This document shows, piece after piece, positions 10,857 to 19,284 of a stretch of 64,000 nt of DNA (positions are counted from its first letter, which is position 1; every line of letters begins with the position of its first letter). The translations under genes and the position numbers were made by a program. This stretch comes from Flavobacteriia bacterium (lineage in GTDB: Bacteria > Bacteroidota > Bacteroidia > Flavobacteriales_D > Crocinitomicaceae). The notes below the pieces were generated by a model that was not told where the DNA came from, ran no database searches, and worked only from the letters and a program-made list of their open reading frames with translations. The stretch covers positions 30,211-94,210 of the forward strand of contig CANFUT010000008.1 in the NCBI GenBank assembly GCA_947450325.1, given 5' to 3'.

Positions 10857-13800
10857 TTATCGCAAAGGAATTGTAACGACTACAGTAGTGCCTCCTTTCG
10901 AATTTTGTTGAATATCAATCAATTTAGTGAAGGATTCATTAAGTAGATTTATTCTTTCGTTTACTAAACGAATCCCTTTTGATTCTTTCGAATGTAATTC
11001 TTTTGAATCTATTCCTTTACCATTATCAACTATTTGACAAATCAAGCTTTCATATTGGATTTCAAAGGCAATTGTAACTTCGGGTGCTGTTGATTTAGCA
11101 TCAAACGCATGCACAAAAACATTTTCTAAAATCGGTTGTATTAGCATCGGAGGAACTTCTATCTCTTGAATATCGATATTTGGAGTTGTTACAATCTGAT
11201 ATTTAACTTTTATTTTTCGTCTTAAATTTTCAAGCTCAATATATCTCGTTAAATACTCAATATCTTCATTTAATCGAACACTCGTTCTTTGTGAAAAATT
11301 CAAGGTTTGTCGCATCATTTTTGAAAATTCTCCTATGTACCAAAGTGCATCATCGGTTTGATTATCAATTACAAAATTCTGGATGGAGTTCATGGCATTA
11401 AACACAAAATGCGGATTCATTTGACTTTGTAATGCTTGCAATTTCGTTTCGGCAATGCGTTTCTCTAATTCAGCTTTGTGTTTGATATTTTTGATTTTGC
11501 GTTTTACATAAATGAAAATCGTAACAATTAAAACCAAAGCCAAAAACCCAATGAACCAACCCGTTTGCCAAAATGGAGGATAAATAGTGAAACTCATTGT
11601 GGTTGGTGCTATAATCTCGTTAGTACCTATGTTCTTCCCCTCAATTATAAGTTGGTATTTTCCACTTTTTAAACCATACAATTTGATGTTTTTTTCAGAG
11701 GTATAAGAACTCCAATTGTCAGTTAATCCAACAATCTTGTATCGGTAATAATTCTTGTTCGAATTATAAATATTGTTGCTGTTAAAGTAAATTTCTAGAT
11801 TGTTTTCATAGTGTTTTAAATAAAGCTTACGATTAATCGAAACCTCTTTTTGATTGATTTTTAGTTGGTTGATTCGAATTGGACTATTTACTTTTTGTTG
11901 TTTTAATATTTTCAAAAGGTCTAAAGAAATCAATCCATTATCGTAAGAAACCAATATTCTTTTGTTTTTATAGTCAATTTGAGCATCGGAATAACGTGAT
12001 AGTTGAAGTCCTTCGTCTCCATCAATGAACTTAACACATTTATAATTTTTTAATAATGTGATTCCTCGGTTCGTACCTACTAGATAGTAGCCACCATACT
12101 GTTGAATAAAGAAAATAGAGTTTCCAATTATTTCTTCATCGGCTAATAAAACTTTCAAATGATGTAGTTTTTGATTTTTCCATCGACTGAAATAGATTTT
12201 CCCGTTAACAGTTCCAGTTATAATGTTTTGCTGGTCATCTACAATAACATCAGTGATATTTTTATCGGATAAAAATCCTAAATCGGTCATTGATTTTAAA
12301 ACTCCTTTTTCGAATAGTAGCAATCCTTTACTATAAGATGCTATCCACAATCCATTTTTTGATTTACTAATCTTTGTAGCATCAACACCGAATGGTTTTC
12401 CTTTATATAGTATTTTCTTGTATTGCTCCAAATTTTGAATTGGGATGCGATAACCAAAATTGTAGTTCTGGCTTAGTAAAATATTTTTTGAATCTATGAA
12501 ATCAAATACGCCTCCCGTCTCTTGAAGATATTGAAACTTAATAATCTTTAAATTATCATTCAAAGCAATTAAACCATAATTGGTCATTGCCCAGATAGTT
12601 CCAAATTCATCTTGCTTGATAGAATTGCAAACAAAGTTTTTTGACTTCTTTAAAAAGATTTTAAGCCAACTATTATCGGAGTCGAATCTGTTTTTGATGA
12701 GTTTCAAAATTTCAGTGGTGAGCTTTTCATTAGTAAGCACTGTGACACCGTTCGTTGGATTCTTTTTAGCTATAAAATTGTTTCCTCCGTACCAAATACA
12801 ACCTTTACTGTCAATCCAAAAACTATTGATTTCGGGTTTGTCTACACCAAGCTCCTCCTTGTCAAAATAACTTATTTTTTGACTTAAATCAATTGCAAAC
12901 AATCCTTTATCAACCGAACCCGCCCATAATTGCTCAGTTGTTTGGTCATAATATAAACACCAAAATTGACTAGTTGGTAAATGCAGTTGCTTTGACAAAT
13001 CGGTTAATTTTCCGTTTTGAAGTTTAAAAATGCCTCCAGTTGGTGTGTTTACCTCCCAACATGATGTGTAAACTGATTTTTCTTTATCCATTGCAAAATC
13101 CCAAATGACAGGACATTTGCCGAAGCTTTGCTTTTGATTTGTTTTAAGGTTTTGAACCTCCAATTCATTTAAAAAATTTCGATTATAAAAATTGTCCCCA
13201 TCAATGAAGCCAGAGTAATTGATTGTTTTTGGGTTACGATATTTTACAACTTTTGAATTTTCTATATTGTTTTTGCTAATCTTTAACTCATAAAGGTTTT
13301 CATGGTTGATACCAAAGATAATTTTACCTCGGTGGTTTGAAATAAAATTTACTTGAAAATTCCCAAATGGATTATTCGTTTTAAAATCAAAGTTTTTAAA
13401 CTTTTTGCCATCAAAAACACTCAATCCGTCCTCTGTTCCAAAGACCATGCAATTGTCTTTTTCAGAAAAATACATGCTTCTGACCGCATCATGAACCAAG
13501 CCTTGTTTTTTAGAGTAATACGTAAACTTTTTGCCATCATATTTAGCAATACCATTTCCGTAAACCGAAAGCCAAATATTACCTTGATTGTCCTCTACTA
13601 TTTTTCGAATCAAATTATATTTAAGTCCTTCTGCTTCTCCAATAATTTTAAAATATGCTCCATCATATAAGCACAAGCCTGTTTCGGTTGCAATCCACAA
13701 TAATCCATTAGAGTCTTTGAATAAGCAAGTAATTGAATTTCCTGGCAACCCATTAGAAATAGTGAAGTTCTTTACGGTTTGTCCTAGAGAAATAAAGAAG

Positions 13801-13859
13801 AAAAAAAAGAAAACAAAACTAAGCGTTTGTTTTTTGAGTAATAGCATTGATAAATTCAT
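10857..13859 (-). CDS. sensor histidine kinase, periplasmic beta-propeller/Y_Y_Y type with LytS-like kinase core
   Basis: Repeated propeller-type segments are followed by the TM 'WFIGFLALVLIVTIFIYV'. The kinase core shows 'QSQMNPHFVFNAMNSIQNF' (LytS/His_kinase motif) and a C-terminal HATPase 'DNGKGI'. The ORF extends to 13919; the signal-like 'MNLSMLLL' start at 13859 is preferred. Confidence 0.85.
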   Translation of the reverse strand: MNLSMLLLKKQTLSFVFFFFFFISLGQTVKNFTISNGLPGNSITCLFKDSNGLLWIATETGLCLYDGAYFKIIGEAEGLKYNLIRKIVEDNQGNIWLSVYGNGIAKYDGKKFTYYSKKQGLVHDAVRSMYFSEKDNCMVFGTEDGLSVFDGKKFKNFDFKTNNPFGNFQVNFISNHRGKIIFGINHENLYELKISKNNIENSKVVKYRNPKTINYSGFIDGDNFYNRNFLNELEVQNLKTNQKQSFGKCPVIWDFAMDKEKSVYTSCWEVNTPTGGIFKLQNGKLTDLSKQLHLPTSQFWCLYYDQTTEQLWAGSVDKGLFAIDLSQKISYFDKEELGVDKPEINSFWIDSKGCIWYGGNNFIAKKNPTNGVTVLTNEKLTTEILKLIKNRFDSDNSWLKIFLKKSKNFVCNSIKQDEFGTIWAMTNYGLIALNDNLKIIKFQYLQETGGVFDFIDSKNILLSQNYNFGYRIPIQNLEQYKKILYKGKPFGVDATKISKSKNGLWIASYSKGLLLFEKGVLKSMTDLGFLSDKNITDVIVDDQQNIITGTVNGKIYFSRWKNQKLHHLKVLLADEEIIGNSIFFIQQYGGYYLVGTNRGITLLKNYKCVKFIDGDEGLQLSRYSDAQIDYKNKRILVSYDNGLISLDLLKILKQQKVNSPIRINQLKINQKEVSINRKLYLKHYENNLEIYFNSNNIYNSNKNYYRYKIVGLTDNWSSYTSEKNIKLYGLKSGKYQLIIEGKNIGTNEIIAPTTMSFTIYPPFWQTGWFIGFLALVLIVTIFIYVKRKIKNIKHKAELEKRIAETKLQALQSQMNPHFVFNAMNSIQNFVIDNQTDDALWYIGEFSKMMRQTLNFSQRTSVRLNEDIEYLTRYIELENLRRKIKVKYQIVTTPNIDIQEIEVPPMLIQPILENVFVHAFDAKSTAPEVTIAFEIQYESLICQIVDNGKGIDSKELHSKESKGIRLVNERINLLNESFTKLIDIQQNSKGGTTVVVTIPLR

Positions 13860-14580
13860 CTTTTTTTCTAATTGAAACTGGGAGTTTTTGCCCCATAATA
13901 AGTTCAACAAATTGCTCATTACCTTTGGTAAATCGCTTGATAAAATTCATGTTTACCAAATAGGATTTGTGAATTCTGAAAAATAGTTCAGAAGGTAAAA
14001 TCTCCTCGAAATGTTTTAGTGTTTTTGAAGTTGTAATACTTGAACCGCTTGTCAAATGAAATTTGGCATAATTATTCTGCGCCTCCAAATAAATGATAGT
14101 ATTGAACTTTACGAATTCAAATCCTGTTTCTGTAGCGATTGCAATTTTTTTATGTGCAGTATCACCCGAATCAATGTTTTCAATTAAAATGTTTAATTGT
14201 GTTTCTTGATTTTCTTTTTTATTCTTCTGTTCAAATCGATTCACTGCTCCCAACAAATCAATATAGTTGATTGGTTTTAACAAATAATCCAATGCGCTTC
14301 TTTTTATAGCGTCAATGGCATACTCGGAATGTGCGGTAGTGAAAATTACCTCAAAATTGATTTCCTTGATTTCTTTAAATAGCTCAAAGCCATTTTTGTT
14401 TGGCATCTGTATGTCCAAAAAAACCAAATCTGGTTGATGTTCTTCAATTGCTTTAACCGCATCATCAATGTTTTCGCAAGTTTTACAAATGTGAAATTTG
14501 TTTGGAAAATAACGCTTAAGCATTTTCTCCAGAAATTCACTTGCATTGTGTTCGTCATCGATTATTATCGTTTTTATCAT
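13819..14580 (-). CDS. LytTR-family response regulator
   Basis: Receiver domain 'IIIDDE...DLVFLDIQMP'. C-terminal LytTR domain 'YLEAQNNYAKFHL...FRIHKSYLVNMNFI'. Confidence 0.9.
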   Translation of the reverse strand: MIKTIIIDDEHNASEFLEKMLKRYFPNKFHICKTCENIDDAVKAIEEHQPDLVFLDIQMPNKNGFELFKEIKEINFEVIFTTAHSEYAIDAIKRSALDYLLKPINYIDLLGAVNRFEQKNKKENQETQLNILIENIDSGDTAHKKIAIATETGFEFVKFNTIIYLEAQNNYAKFHLTSGSSITTSKTLKHFEEILPSELFFRIHKSYLVNMNFIKRFTKGNEQFVELIMGQKLPVSIRKKDEFINAITQKTNA

Positions 14581-14621
14581 TGAGCAAAAGTATAATTATC
14601 TAATTTGTAAATGGAATATGA

Positions 14622-14654
14622 TTAGTTATCGTTGGCTATCATCTAGTTATCGTT
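14622..14654 (-). promoter_or_regulatory. pair of direct repeats with 21-bp phasing upstream of the LytTR operon (candidate LytTR boxes)
   Basis: TTAGTTATCGTT is at 14622-14633 and CTAGTTATCGTT at 14643-14654. On the coding strand they lie about 42-74 nt upstream of the regulator ATG. A TACTTTTG (TAnnTTTG) -7-like box sits at 14585-14592. Confidence 0.5.
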
Positions 14655-14962
14655 TTGCAAATCAGCCAAAAATACAACTGTAAAATAATTTTTCAATTAT
14701 TATTTTCGGAAAAATCAAAAGAGTGATTACATCATTTGATAGTAAATGTTATGGATTTAAAATTTGACTCGTATTTGCTGTAAGGGTCATAGAGTTGGTG
14801 CGTGTGCGTAACAGGTACAAAAAGGTACATTTAAAACGATTAAACGAATGATTTTGCGCCAAAAAATTTACCAAAAATTTTTTATCGAAAACCATCAAGT
14901 GGCGCAATTAGTATCTATACGGGGAAGGGCTACCCGTTTGGAGGGTAACCCAGTTTTAACAG

Positions 14963-15367
14963 TTAAGCTTTTTTTAAATGCTTTCTAATCATTGCAATCA
15001 AGGTCGGAATGATAGGTCTTATATCGATTGAATAGCGAATCCTTGCTGGATAATTATGTATTTGAATTATACTGGTAGAGACTACCCGATTATTGAACAA
15101 CAATACAACAGTAATATGGTCCTCGTCTCTGGTCTTTGAGATATCCTCATTAGTACTGGTTGAATTGTACTTAGAATATAGGTATTTCAAAGTTTCTGAT
15201 TTCAAATGGTTTTTAATCATGACAGTTACTGACCTAATTATATTTATTGCAATTCCGAACTCAACATCATCCTTTTTGAAATTGTGGTCCTCAAAGTAAC
15301 GCTGACAAATTATTTTGCCTCTGTAATTTAGGTTTAATTCGAATTGATTTTTCATGTTTACTTTCAT
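14963..15367 (-). CDS. hypothetical protein
   Basis: 134-aa ORF isolated in a 1.36-kb otherwise noncoding stretch. No motif recognised. Confidence 0.4.
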   Translation of the reverse strand: MKVNMKNQFELNLNYRGKIICQRYFEDHNFKKDDVEFGIAINIIRSVTVMIKNHLKSETLKYLYSKYNSTSTNEDISKTRDEDHITVVLLFNNRVVSTSIIQIHNYPARIRYSIDIRPIIPTLIAMIRKHLKKA

Positions 15368-15485
15368 ATTATTTTAGTTTAAATTAAACCGAAAAATAGG
15401 ACTTTCAATTTGCATGGGCTGGGTAACTTCCTTTAGGTTGGGTAAATAAAACACTAACCATCCTTGGTAGGTTGATGTGGATTTT

Positions 15486-15645
15486 GGCTTCGCCTTAATT
15501 CATTGATTACTATAAAAAGGCTTCGCCTTGCTCTTCGTTGAAGTGAGTATTCGCTTCGCTATTGATATTTATAAGTACAATTATTGTATCAAAAGGATTT
15601 GAAAATTGTTGGCGATGTATCGAAGCCTATGCGAAGATACTCGCT
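15486..15645. repeat. iteron-like GCTTCG(C) repeats arranged as inverted sets around an AT-rich core (origin-like)
   Basis: GGCTTCGCCTT occurs at 15486-15496 and 15519-15529 (33-bp period). TCGCTTCGCT is at 15551-15560, with inverted CGAAGCC at 15621-15627 and GCGAAG at 15631-15636. GAGTATTCGC (15545-15554) is mirrored by GCGAAGATACTC (15631-15642). Confidence 0.45.
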
Positions 15646-15944
15646 AAAACAATTTTCCAAATTCATATCAATATAAAAATACACTCACCTCACGGAGTGT
15701 TTTATTATACTTATATAGTATATGGTATAATAATTACACCTACAATTGGCGTATTTATTATACCATTAAAAGCTTTTTAACTAAAAATTTCAACTTAGAC
15801 TTTACATTTTGGGTCGTAGTGATATATTTATAGATAAGTAATGTGATTCAACTGTACAGACATTGCTTTCGGTTGCTGGGGAGTTAATTACCCCAGCTTT
15901 CCTTACCGAAAAAGGAAAAATAATGAGGAAATAAAAACAATCAA

Positions 15945-16718
15945 ATGAAAAACAAAACTGTTATCAGAAAAGTAAATGTGAACGGTCAGTTCACTACAAT
16001 ACATAATTCAATATTAAGAGACAAGCGATTATCACCCAACGGATTTAGACTACTAGTTAATATTTTGTCAGATTCTGATGAAAATTTCAAACTATCACCA
16101 ACCGTATACTGCGACAGACTTGGAATAACCAAAACGACATTTTTAAATGCAATAACAAATCTCGAAGAATGCGGTTACCTAAAACGTGAAGATTCAAAAA
16201 TAGATAAATCAAAAAATCACTATATAGTTTCCGAATTCGGAAATCTTAACCCAAATCAAGAGACTGATATAGATACTGCGCATTCTGAATCACCTTCAAC
16301 AGAGAACAGTGCTGTAGAATCAAATCAAACACAATCAGAAAAAGATTCTCAAGAGTTTGATGAATATTTATACTCTATAGAAAGATTAATGAATTATGAA
16401 GAATTTGAGAATCTTTTGCTAAATAAATGGGTGCCAGAATTACAAAATGTCAATAAAGCTGAACTAAAAAAACATGTAGATGCTTATCTAGTGGGTTTTT
16501 ACAATGAATGTCTTGCGCTTGCCAAAAATCCAGGGAAGCACCCTAAAGCATTAAAAGACTATAAAGACTTGCTAAAAAAAGAGATTTTCACAAATCACAA
16601 CTTAGAAATTAATGCAAGAAACAAATGGTCTATCTTATCCCTTACAAAACACAAGAAACCTTTTAAAACAGATTTTGAAACAGAAATGGGTGATTACTAT
16701 GAAAACCCAAGAGATTAA
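15945..16718 (+). CDS. hypothetical protein with N-terminal winged-helix/HTH (possible replication initiator or regulator)
   Basis: 'NGFRLLVNILSDS...YCDRLGITKTTFLNAITNLEECGYLKRED' resembles wHTH domains of Rep/DnaD-like proteins. It lies immediately downstream of the iteron-like region. Confidence 0.5.
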   Translation: MKNKTVIRKVNVNGQFTTIHNSILRDKRLSPNGFRLLVNILSDSDENFKLSPTVYCDRLGITKTTFLNAITNLEECGYLKREDSKIDKSKNHYIVSEFGNLNPNQETDIDTAHSESPSTENSAVESNQTQSEKDSQEFDEYLYSIERLMNYEEFENLLLNKWVPELQNVNKAELKKHVDAYLVGFYNECLALAKNPGKHPKALKDYKDLLKKEIFTNHNLEINARNKWSILSLTKHKKPFKTDFETEMGDYYENPRD

Positions 16719-16865
16719 AATTTTTTAAAAAAAATAATTTTAACAGTAATTAAAGGTACTTATAAGCAATTATTAATGTAATGTACATGTAGTTTATTTG
16801 TTGAATAATTCTTTTAGGGAATCCCTAAATTATCCCTAAGATTCATTTGTGCCATAATCTTAAAA

Positions 16866-17144
16866 ATGGTAGATATGAATAACCAAATTTTTTTAAACGG
16901 CATTACAATTGAGCAATTAGCCGAGGCATTAAAATTCTTAATGCAAAATCAAACCAGCATGCAAGAACCTCATCTTGAGAATGATTTTATCACTAGGGAA
17001 GAGGTTTGTAGATTGCTGTCTTTCAATTTAACTAGCCTTTGGAAACACACGAAAAGTGGAAGGTTAAAATCCTACGGTATAGGTAATCGAATTCTATATA
17101 AGCGTTCGGAAGTATTATCAGCGGTTACACCAATTAATCACTAA
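16866..17144 (+). CDS. excisionase/AlpA-like helix-turn-helix DNA-binding protein (HTH_17 type)
   Basis: 'ITREEVCRLLSFNLTSLWKHTKSGRLKSYGIGNRILYKRSEV' is the typical MerR-superfamily excisionase-like HTH. It is 92 aa. Confidence 0.7.
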   Translation: MVDMNNQIFLNGITIEQLAEALKFLMQNQTSMQEPHLENDFITREEVCRLLSFNLTSLWKHTKSGRLKSYGIGNRILYKRSEVLSAVTPINH

Positions 17145-17148
17145 GAAG

Positions 17149-18186
17149 ATGGAAAAGATGAATAATAATTTAGAAAATCTTAGTAAGGTTATTGACTTGG
17201 CTATGAATGAGGATAATCAACAATTCGAGAATCAATCTAATGTTGGGTTGTTTACATCCAAAACTGCAAACAAATGGATTGAAGAAGCAAAAAATCGACC
17301 AATCCCCAAAATGTTGTTTGGAGAGTTTTGGTTTGAAGGAGAGGTTTGTATTTTGTTTTCTGATACCAATTTAGGTAAATCTATTTTGGCTGTGCAAATT
17401 GGAAATAGTATTAGTAAAAATGAAGAAATAAAAGGATTTAGATTAGAAGCACCGAAACAATTGATTCTGTATTTTGATTTTGAATTGTCCGATAAACAAT
17501 TTGAAAATCGATATTCAACTGACTATACAGAACACTACAGCTTTGATGAGAATTTCATTAGAATTGAAATGAATAGTGATGCAATGCTTCCAGATGGTAA
17601 AAACTTTGAAGATTTTCTTATTTTTTCTTTGGAACAGTCAATCATTAACACTAATGCCAAGGTTATTATTTTAGATAATATTACCTTTTTGAAAAGTGGA
17701 ACTGAATCGGCTAAGGATGCACTACCATTGATGAAAGACTTAAAATCATTGAAGAACAAATACGGCTTATCTATTCTGGTTTTGGCTCACACGCCAAAAA
17801 GAGATTTATCCAAAGCAATTTCAAGAAATGATTTAGCTGGAAGTAAAATGCTAATCAACTTTTGTGATAGTTCCTTTACAATTGGAGAAAGTTCTAAGGA
17901 TAAAAATTTGCGATATATCAAGCAAATTAAGCAAAGAAATACTGAGAATATTTATAATGCCGAAAACGTTTGTGTATGTGAAATTAAGAAGCAACAAAGT
18001 TTTCTTGGATTTGAACTTATTGAATATAGTTCAGAAAGTGAACATCTGAAAAATTTTACTGAACAAGACAGAGAGAGTATTATTGAAGAGGTTAAACTAT
18101 TAAGTGATGAAGGCAAAACCCAGAGGGAAATATCAGCAGAACTTGGGATTTCATTAGGTGCTGTAAACAAATATTTAAGAATGTAA
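17149..18186 (+). CDS. AAA/RecA-like ATPase (replicative-helicase-like, AAA_25 type) with C-terminal HTH
   Basis: Walker A 'SDTNLGKS', Walker B 'VIILDNITF' and C-terminal 'TQREISAELGISLGAVNKYL'. Confidence 0.7.
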   Translation: MEKMNNNLENLSKVIDLAMNEDNQQFENQSNVGLFTSKTANKWIEEAKNRPIPKMLFGEFWFEGEVCILFSDTNLGKSILAVQIGNSISKNEEIKGFRLEAPKQLILYFDFELSDKQFENRYSTDYTEHYSFDENFIRIEMNSDAMLPDGKNFEDFLIFSLEQSIINTNAKVIILDNITFLKSGTESAKDALPLMKDLKSLKNKYGLSILVLAHTPKRDLSKAISRNDLAGSKMLINFCDSSFTIGESSKDKNLRYIKQIKQRNTENIYNAENVCVCEIKKQQSFLGFELIEYSSESEHLKNFTEQDRESIIEEVKLLSDEGKTQREISAELGISLGAVNKYLRM

Positions 18187-18192
18187 TATTAA

Positions 18193-19116
18193 TTGTTCAC
18201 GATGTTCACGAATAAAACCATGAACATCGTGAACATTATGAACAAAATCAAAATGAAACAGTATAGATATTTTTTAGACAAAAGCAGTAAAAAGTTTGTG
18301 TGTCCCAAGTGTCAAAAAAGAACCTTTGTAAAATATTACGATTTTGAAACACAGGGCTATTTAAGCGATGATTTCGGTCGATGTGATAGAGAAACCAACT
18401 GTCGCTATCATAATTCACCCAAAGGCTTAATTTGTGGGGCTTTTGAAGTTAAAGAAGCAAGGCAATCTTATCATGATTTTGATTTAGTTAAAAAAAGTTG
18501 TCGCAACCATAAGTCGAATAATTTGATAAAATTTTTGGAAACAATATTTACAATTGATGAGGTTCGAGAGGTTGTTTCAAAGTACTTTATTGGAACTTCA
18601 ATGTTTTGGGGTGGAGCAACAATATTTTGGCAGATTGATAATGAACAAAAAGTAAGACACGGAAAGGTCATGCTATTCAATCAAAATACAGGTAAACGAA
18701 TGAAAAAAGAAGATGGAAAAGCCTATATAAGTAGCATTCGAAGTTTATTAAAGTTAAAGGACTTCAATATAAAGCAATGTTTGTTTGGGTTACATTTAGT
18801 TGGTGAAGAAAACAAAAAGACAATTGCTATTGTTGAAAGTGAAAAGACCGCAATAATAATGAGCATTTTTAAACCAGAGTTAATTTGGTTAGCAACAGGT
18901 ATGAAAAGCGGTTTTAATTTTGAACTACTCAAACCAATCATTAAATATAAAATAGTTGCTTTTCCAGATAAATGCGAATATGATGATTGGTTAAAGAAAG
19001 CAATAGAGTTGAATAACATCGGGTTTAAAATAATAGTCAATGATTGGTTAGAACATACAGATTTTGCAAAGGGGACAGACCTCGCAGATGTGTACATAAA
19101 TTCTTTGATAGATTAG
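18193..19116 (+). CDS. Toprim-domain primase-like protein with N-terminal zinc finger
   Basis: 'CPKCQKRTFVKY...CDRETNCRYH' is Zn-finger-like. 'IAIVESEKTAIIMS' (Toprim Glu) and 'AFPDKCEYDDW' are also present. The likely true start is the ATG at 18238 (MNKIKMKQYRYF). Confidence 0.65.
   Translation: MFTMFTNKTMNIVNIMNKIKMKQYRYFLDKSSKKFVCPKCQKRTFVKYYDFETQGYLSDDFGRCDRETNCRYHNSPKGLICGAFEVKEARQSYHDFDLVKKSCRNHKSNNLIKFLETIFTIDEVREVVSKYFIGTSMFWGGATIFWQIDNEQKVRHGKVMLFNQNTGKRMKKEDGKAYISSIRSLLKLKDFNIKQCLFGLHLVGEENKKTIAIVESEKTAIIMSIFKPELIWLATGMKSGFNFELLKPIIKYKIVAFPDKCEYDDWLKKAIELNNIGFKIIVNDWLEHTDFAKGTDLADVYINSLID
18194..18235. promoter_or_regulatory. perfect 15-bp inverted repeat built from four GTTCAC half-sites
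   Basis: TGTTCACGATGTTCA (18194-18208) faces TGAACATCGTGAACA (18221-18235) across a 12-nt spacer. It sits between the ATPase stop (18186) and the probable primase ATG (18238). Confidence 0.6.
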
Positions 19117-19138
19117 ATATTTACTTAACCGCAATTAA

Positions 19139-19173
19139 GAGAGGGTTTCCAATTTGGAACCCTCTTTTTTTTT
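19139..19173 (+). terminator. rho-independent terminator after the primase gene
   Basis: AGAGGGTTTCC-aattt-GGAACCCTCT is followed by T9. Confidence 0.7.
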
Positions 19174-19214
19174 ATCTTTGACCAATAATAATTTCTATGT
19201 TGAATTTTTTGCTG

Positions 19215-19229
19215 ACTAAATGTTGACTA
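19215..19229 (+). repeat. putative attR core (ACTAAATGTTGACTA)
   Basis: Exact copy of 3529-3543. It is partly reiterated locally (TGACTAAA-TGTTGACTAAA). Confidence 0.7.
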
Positions 19230-19284
19230 AATCAAGTTTAAATATTAGTAAATACGGTATCAAATTACATAGAAGAAATATGTA

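Larger units (their letters stand above)
3529..19229. mobile_element. ~15.7-kb integrated element bounded by 15-bp direct repeats (integrase at left end, excision/replication module at right end)
   Basis: ACTAAATGTTGACTA occurs at 3529-3543 and 19215-19229. The integrase ATG lies 46 bp inside the left copy. The HTH_17-like, AAA ATPase and Toprim primase genes abut the right copy. The interior is visibly more AT-rich than the flanks. Confidence 0.75.

Noticed and set aside
13801-13808. An A8/T8 homopolymer near the kinase 5' end as a phase-variation switch.
   Set aside because: The run simply encodes the FFFFFF stretch of the signal/TM segment. Eight nucleotides is short for efficient slippage, and there is no evidence of alternative frames.
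12580-13875. Three 95-105-aa plus-strand ORFs antisense to the sensor kinase.
   Set aside because: They are embedded in a well-supported 1,000-aa minus-strand gene, and their translations are low-complexity and hydrophobic.
15562-15780. A 72-aa plus-strand ORF in the island's noncoding region.
   Set aside because: It lies across the AT-rich iteron/palindrome region, has an Ile/Tyr-rich low-complexity composition, and has no neighbouring coding context.
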